From a virus, in IMG/VR virus record IMGVR_UViG_3300045988_171839, positions 1-64,000 of that record: a stretch of DNA of 64,000 nucleotides; one strand, 5' to 3'. Of this stretch, positions 60,686-64,000 are shown one piece after another. Position numbers and translations under genes: made by a program. The stretch's first letter is position 1. Each line of letters starts with the position of its first letter. The notes beneath the pieces are model-generated. The model had not been told where the DNA came from. It saw only the letters and a program-made list of their open reading frames with translations, and made no database searches.

Positions 60686-60814
60686 ATGGCGTACAAGCAA
60701 ATCACCATCGAGGAATATCTCGAAGAATATGAAACAACTATTAACGACGATCCGTGCAAAGACTGCACAAATCACTCGTGCGAGTGGGGAATCTGCTCGC
60801 AAGCAAAAACATAA
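60686..60814 (+). CDS. Small Cys-containing hypothetical protein (42 aa)
   Basis: Start moved to the ATG at 60686 after AGGGGGTG. Contains CKDC..HSCEWGIC. Confidence 0.4.
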   Translation: MAYKQITIEEYLEEYETTINDDPCKDCTNHSCEWGICSQAKT

Positions 60815-60827
60815 AGGAGGTGTCGCA

Positions 60828-61223
60828 ATGCTTATCCACGACCTAACAGAATATATCAACGAACACAAAGACGACAACATCAAAGTCGTCGTAAAACAGC
60901 ACCCACTCAGTGGTGTTGAAAACTCTCAGGTCTTGCTTACCTTTAAACAGCAAAAGGTAAAAATATCCTTAGCACAGTTTTCACCGGAAGGATATATGTA
61001 TCTTTGTATTATAGCAAAGAAAACCCCGAGCGGGCTGCCAGCGGGAAGCAAACTCTCAGGAGGAACCTATAACTGGACTGAAGTTTATTGCAGTCCATTT
61101 TGCAACAAACTCGATCAGATTTATACTCTGATCACCCGAATGGCTGATCACACCGATCGATTCTATGATAGGTCAATGCCTATCGGAATCAAAACGGCTT
61201 GTGAAAGAGTCGTCAACATTTAA
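60828..61223 (+). CDS. Hypothetical protein
   Basis: Start moved to the ATG at 60828 after AAAGGAGG. Confidence 0.5.
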   Translation: MLIHDLTEYINEHKDDNIKVVVKQHPLSGVENSQVLLTFKQQKVKISLAQFSPEGYMYLCIIAKKTPSGLPAGSKLSGGTYNWTEVYCSPFCNKLDQIYTLITRMADHTDRFYDRSMPIGIKTACERVVNI

Positions 61224-61255
61224 TTAAAAAAATATTATTAAAGGAGGACATATAT

Positions 61256-61747
61256 ATGTCAATTAAAATCAACAAAACTGAAGCAACCAAAAACATCATC
61301 AACGCCCTCGACGCAATGAAAGCGGACGAGAATATCAACCTCGGCATCGAAGAAATTGAATTTCCCGATGGAAGCAAAGAAAAGTTCTATTACAATGGTG
61401 AGGCCGACAAGCAAGCTGCTGTGCATTTCGCACAGATTTGTATCGATGTTTGCGCCGGCGACAGTGACAAAGCCAAACGCATGATGGCGTCTTGTTTTGT
61501 ATTGCTGACCAATGGGTACAATGTTGACGAAATTGTACCCTCTGCGGAAAGTGAAATCGACACCGAAACTTATATTGATTATAAGAAAGGTGTTTTGCTC
61601 ACGCCGTACGCGTCGGTTGTCGCGTCTCTCACCGAAGACGAACTCAAAGCAACAAAGGGTAAAAAGAATGCCCTGACTAAATCACTCTTGCTCGAAAGAG
61701 CAAGAACTGATTATTTAGAGGACGCTCTCGAATCTTACGAGAGTTAA
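61256..61747 (+). CDS. Hypothetical protein
   Basis: AAAGGAGG SD. Confidence 0.5.
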   Translation: MSIKINKTEATKNIINALDAMKADENINLGIEEIEFPDGSKEKFYYNGEADKQAAVHFAQICIDVCAGDSDKAKRMMASCFVLLTNGYNVDEIVPSAESEIDTETYIDYKKGVLLTPYASVVASLTEDELKATKGKKNALTKSLLLERARTDYLEDALESYES

Positions 61748-61748
61748 T

Positions 61749-61820
61749 CACCGCAAGGCCCGCACGAAAGTGTGAACGGTGCAAGCCCGTTGCCCTCTTA
61801 GGAGGGTGGCGCTTATGGTG
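61749..61820 (+). promoter_or_regulatory. Four-way-junction leader RNA with T-loop-like hairpin (copy 2)
   Basis: CACCGCAAGGCC, three hairpins, then GGCGCTTATGGTG. The hairpins are CGCAC-GAAA-GTGTG, AACGG-TGCAAGC-CCGTT and GCCCTC-TTAG-GAGGGT. The outer hairpins differ in sequence from copy 1 but keep their pairing. Confidence 0.45.
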
Positions 61821-61894
61821 TTCATAATGGCATCATCTTCGTAAAATAAAAATCTTGCTAACCGAAGACTAATGGCATAGAAAGGAGAATCATT

Positions 61895-62488
61895 ATGAAA
61901 AATTATATTATAGCAACAGTCAAAGCTACGTTCTACAATGTAGAAAAACAAGTTCCAGTTGCCCCGACCCATCCGATGGATCAAGAAGAATGGGACGAGA
62001 ACGTTGTCACAGAAACGGTGTTTCAAAATGTGGTAGAAGAATTCCACTCATTACCGCGTAGAAACACTACTGCAGCAATGGAAGAAGCCAAGTGGTTGGC
62101 ACTTCGTAAAGGTTGGTCAATGCAACGCAATGACTATGAGATCGAAATCGAAGAACTGCCTACCAAAGCGGTGTCAGTTTATGAAGAAGAAGACCTTATC
62201 AAATTATATCAAGGTAACAAAGTTGAAAAATTCGCTTTGTTGCAAAATCTTGTCCCTGGACAAGAAATCAAATCATATACCAAACGTTATTGGATGTTAA
62301 ATCCTCAAACGTTTGAACCCGTCCGTACGACGGTGACGATGTACAAAGAAGGGAATATCAACCCCGACTTCGAAAACGAAGAGGGTACCGGGAAATGGTA
62401 CTACTTAAATGAAGAGGAGTGCCTCTTCACCGGCGACGAGAGCTGCCGCAAACATATAAATAAACACCGAAATATTTGGTTGTTTTAA
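61895..62488 (+). CDS. Hypothetical protein
   Basis: GAAAGGAG SD. Confidence 0.5.
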   Translation: MKNYIIATVKATFYNVEKQVPVAPTHPMDQEEWDENVVTETVFQNVVEEFHSLPRRNTTAAMEEAKWLALRKGWSMQRNDYEIEIEELPTKAVSVYEEEDLIKLYQGNKVEKFALLQNLVPGQEIKSYTKRYWMLNPQTFEPVRTTVTMYKEGNINPDFENEEGTGKWYYLNEEECLFTGDESCRKHINKHRNIWLF

Positions 62489-62515
62489 AATATAAAAATA
62501 AAAGGAGAAAGAAAA

Positions 62516-63460
62516 ATGAGAGATATTACGAAAATCATTAAAAACATTGTAGCAAAAGAGCCCACCCCCGATGAAAGATATACGCCAAAAATCATCTTAC
62601 ATTGGTCGACAAAAACAGAAGGTCAGATTTATCATGATTTGTCAACCGGCAAAAGATTGTCATACGATGAAAGCGAAACACTGCTGAAATGGGAGAATTT
62701 ATCTTCCCTATATTTACAATATTCCGCAGGCGCGACCCCGCGATTGACGTATATCAAATACCATCGCAAACAAAACGTGATGGAATTGGCATATGTGAAT
62801 ATTCCAATGAATCGCGCTAAACCTGGCGAAATTCGTACATTTGAATATAACAAGAATTGGTCGGGCAATACCGAGAGGTATTTTGTTGATTTGTCACAAT
62901 ATCCTCGCCGACTGTTTAGGAGCGATGGTATGCTCGCAGCAATAGAGACTGTCCACAATATTTTGCGAGATACAAGTATGCACAGAAGAGTTCAAATTTA
63001 CAACGAACTGTTCCCCGACGATAAAATTGAGTATGCGAATTTTTCGTGGACAAAAATTGATTATGTGACAAAATATCTCACATATCAGCGACAACTTACG
63101 ATTCAAACATCCAAAACTGCTAAAGCAGCGTTGATTGCCAAAGGAAATGACTTGCTCTCCCAAGCACCTACAGTATTTCCAGATAATACTCTCAATGTGG
63201 GTATTGTTAGGAATTTCCATGGCATATCTATTGTAGAAGCAAAGGCATTGTATGACATTTGCGTCAAAGAGACGAAAATGAACGACTATCCCGAATACTT
63301 TGATAAAGACGGGAATTTCAAAGACGACGAATACGGTGATGTATTCGTTTGTGATGAGTTTGTCGGGCCAGAAGGCGAATCGTTTTCGTTTTATGAAGAT
63401 GGATGGTATAAACAAGAGCACTATACCGTGTATTGGCGCGAACTTGAAGTGCTCGAATAG
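62516..63460 (+). CDS. Hypothetical protein
   Basis: AAAAGGAG SD. 314 aa. Confidence 0.55.
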   Translation: MRDITKIIKNIVAKEPTPDERYTPKIILHWSTKTEGQIYHDLSTGKRLSYDESETLLKWENLSSLYLQYSAGATPRLTYIKYHRKQNVMELAYVNIPMNRAKPGEIRTFEYNKNWSGNTERYFVDLSQYPRRLFRSDGMLAAIETVHNILRDTSMHRRVQIYNELFPDDKIEYANFSWTKIDYVTKYLTYQRQLTIQTSKTAKAALIAKGNDLLSQAPTVFPDNTLNVGIVRNFHGISIVEAKALYDICVKETKMNDYPEYFDKDGNFKDDEYGDVFVCDEFVGPEGESFSFYEDGWYKQEHYTVYWRELEVLE

Positions 63461-63519
63461 GCGTAAGCCGCACTAAACCGCCCGCCCGTGGGCATTGTAC
63501 GCGGGAAAAGGAGTAAAAA

Positions 63520-63864
63520 ATGAGATTTATTTTTAAGACAAGCGCGACAATGAAAGACTACAACAGGGACAAATGGTGGATTGACCACACAATAATCGGG
63601 GAAAAGATTATTGTCGCCGACAGCACCGCCGAAGCCCTCGATATATACGTAAAATTGGTTGAGAGAGATGATTATACAACAATAACCAAAAACGCGATAA
63701 AGAAAAAAGAGGCAATGTATATCGACAACAAAAGCGGCGAAGCGGAACAATGCGGATATGTTATAACAGCGTCGCAAGATTTTCAAGATGAGGACGGCAA
63801 ATTGAGCAAGCAATATATCGATTTATGGATAACTATTCTTACAGTAGTGCCGACGAAATTTTAA
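63520..63864 (+). CDS. Hypothetical protein
   Basis: AAAAGGAG SD. Confidence 0.5.
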   Translation: MRFIFKTSATMKDYNRDKWWIDHTIIGEKIIVADSTAEALDIYVKLVERDDYTTITKNAIKKKEAMYIDNKSGEAEQCGYVITASQDFQDEDGKLSKQYIDLWITILTVVPTKF

Positions 63865-63877
63865 GGAGGGCAAAAAA

Positions 63878-64000
63878 ATGACATATCAACAAGGAAAAGA
63901 ACGGGCGCGAGATTGCGCTATCGAGTGGCAACTTGACTTTGAAAATCACAATTATAGTTATGGCGAACTTGCCGAGTTTGGCGAATATTTCCATCGCCTT
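63878..64000 (+). CDS. Hypothetical protein (5' partial, runs off the window)
   Basis: AAGGAGGG SD 7 nt before the ATG at 63878. The frame stays open to the window end. Confidence 0.45.
   Translation, partial: MTYQQGKERARDCAIEWQLDFENHNYSYGELAEFGEYFHRL

Noticed and set aside
62894-63813. Minus-strand ORFs of 175 aa (62894-63421) and 130 aa (63421-63813)
   Set aside because: They are antisense to SD-preceded plus-strand genes in a uniformly plus-strand operon. They have no SD and a hydrophobic/Cys-rich shadow composition.

Overview
This window is a contiguous piece of a tailed-phage (Caudoviricetes) genome or prophage with AGGAGG-type ribosome-binding sites typical of low-GC Gram-positive hosts. 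All functional calls come from motifs I recognise by eye, gene order and hand folding. No searches were run.

Two divergent arms meet at an almost pure A/T island (~49.12-49.39 kb) flanked by consensus sigma70-type promoters.

Left arm (256-48931, all minus strand):
- Nucleotide-metabolism and replication-type genes: a guanylate-kinase-like protein, a 960-aa DFDGD polymerase-like protein and a metallophosphoesterase.
- A packaging and head module: a small terminase candidate, a large terminase split by a ~239-nt group I intron, then portal, protease/scaffold and capsid candidates.
- Tail genes, a holin-like gene and a battery of mosaic tail-fibre / receptor-binding genes, including a BspA-type LRR protein.
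- A tyrosine recombinase and a RuvC-like resolvase embedded in the tail module.
- A 3,781-aa tape-measure protein that also carries RNA-polymerase-like and RecB-like nuclease signatures.
- A fibre protein with 10 beta-propeller-like repeats.

Right arm (49871-64000, plus strand):
- A beta-class DNA methyltransferase flanked by two paralogous genes, an HD phosphohydrolase and about 30 small early-type ORFs.
- About 2.6 kb of ORF-free, helix-dense sequence interleaved with these genes. It includes a ~0.9-kb large structured RNA candidate, two identical type III hammerhead ribozymes bracketing a 768-nt gene cassette, two tRNA-like minihelix (T-loop) modules with compensatory changes, two four-way-junction T-loop leaders and a repeated 33-nt box.

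Most interesting leads:
- Two independent proteins carry the RNAP catalytic signature DFDGD. One of them is fused to the tape measure.
- The early operon appears to be punctuated by RNA-processing elements.
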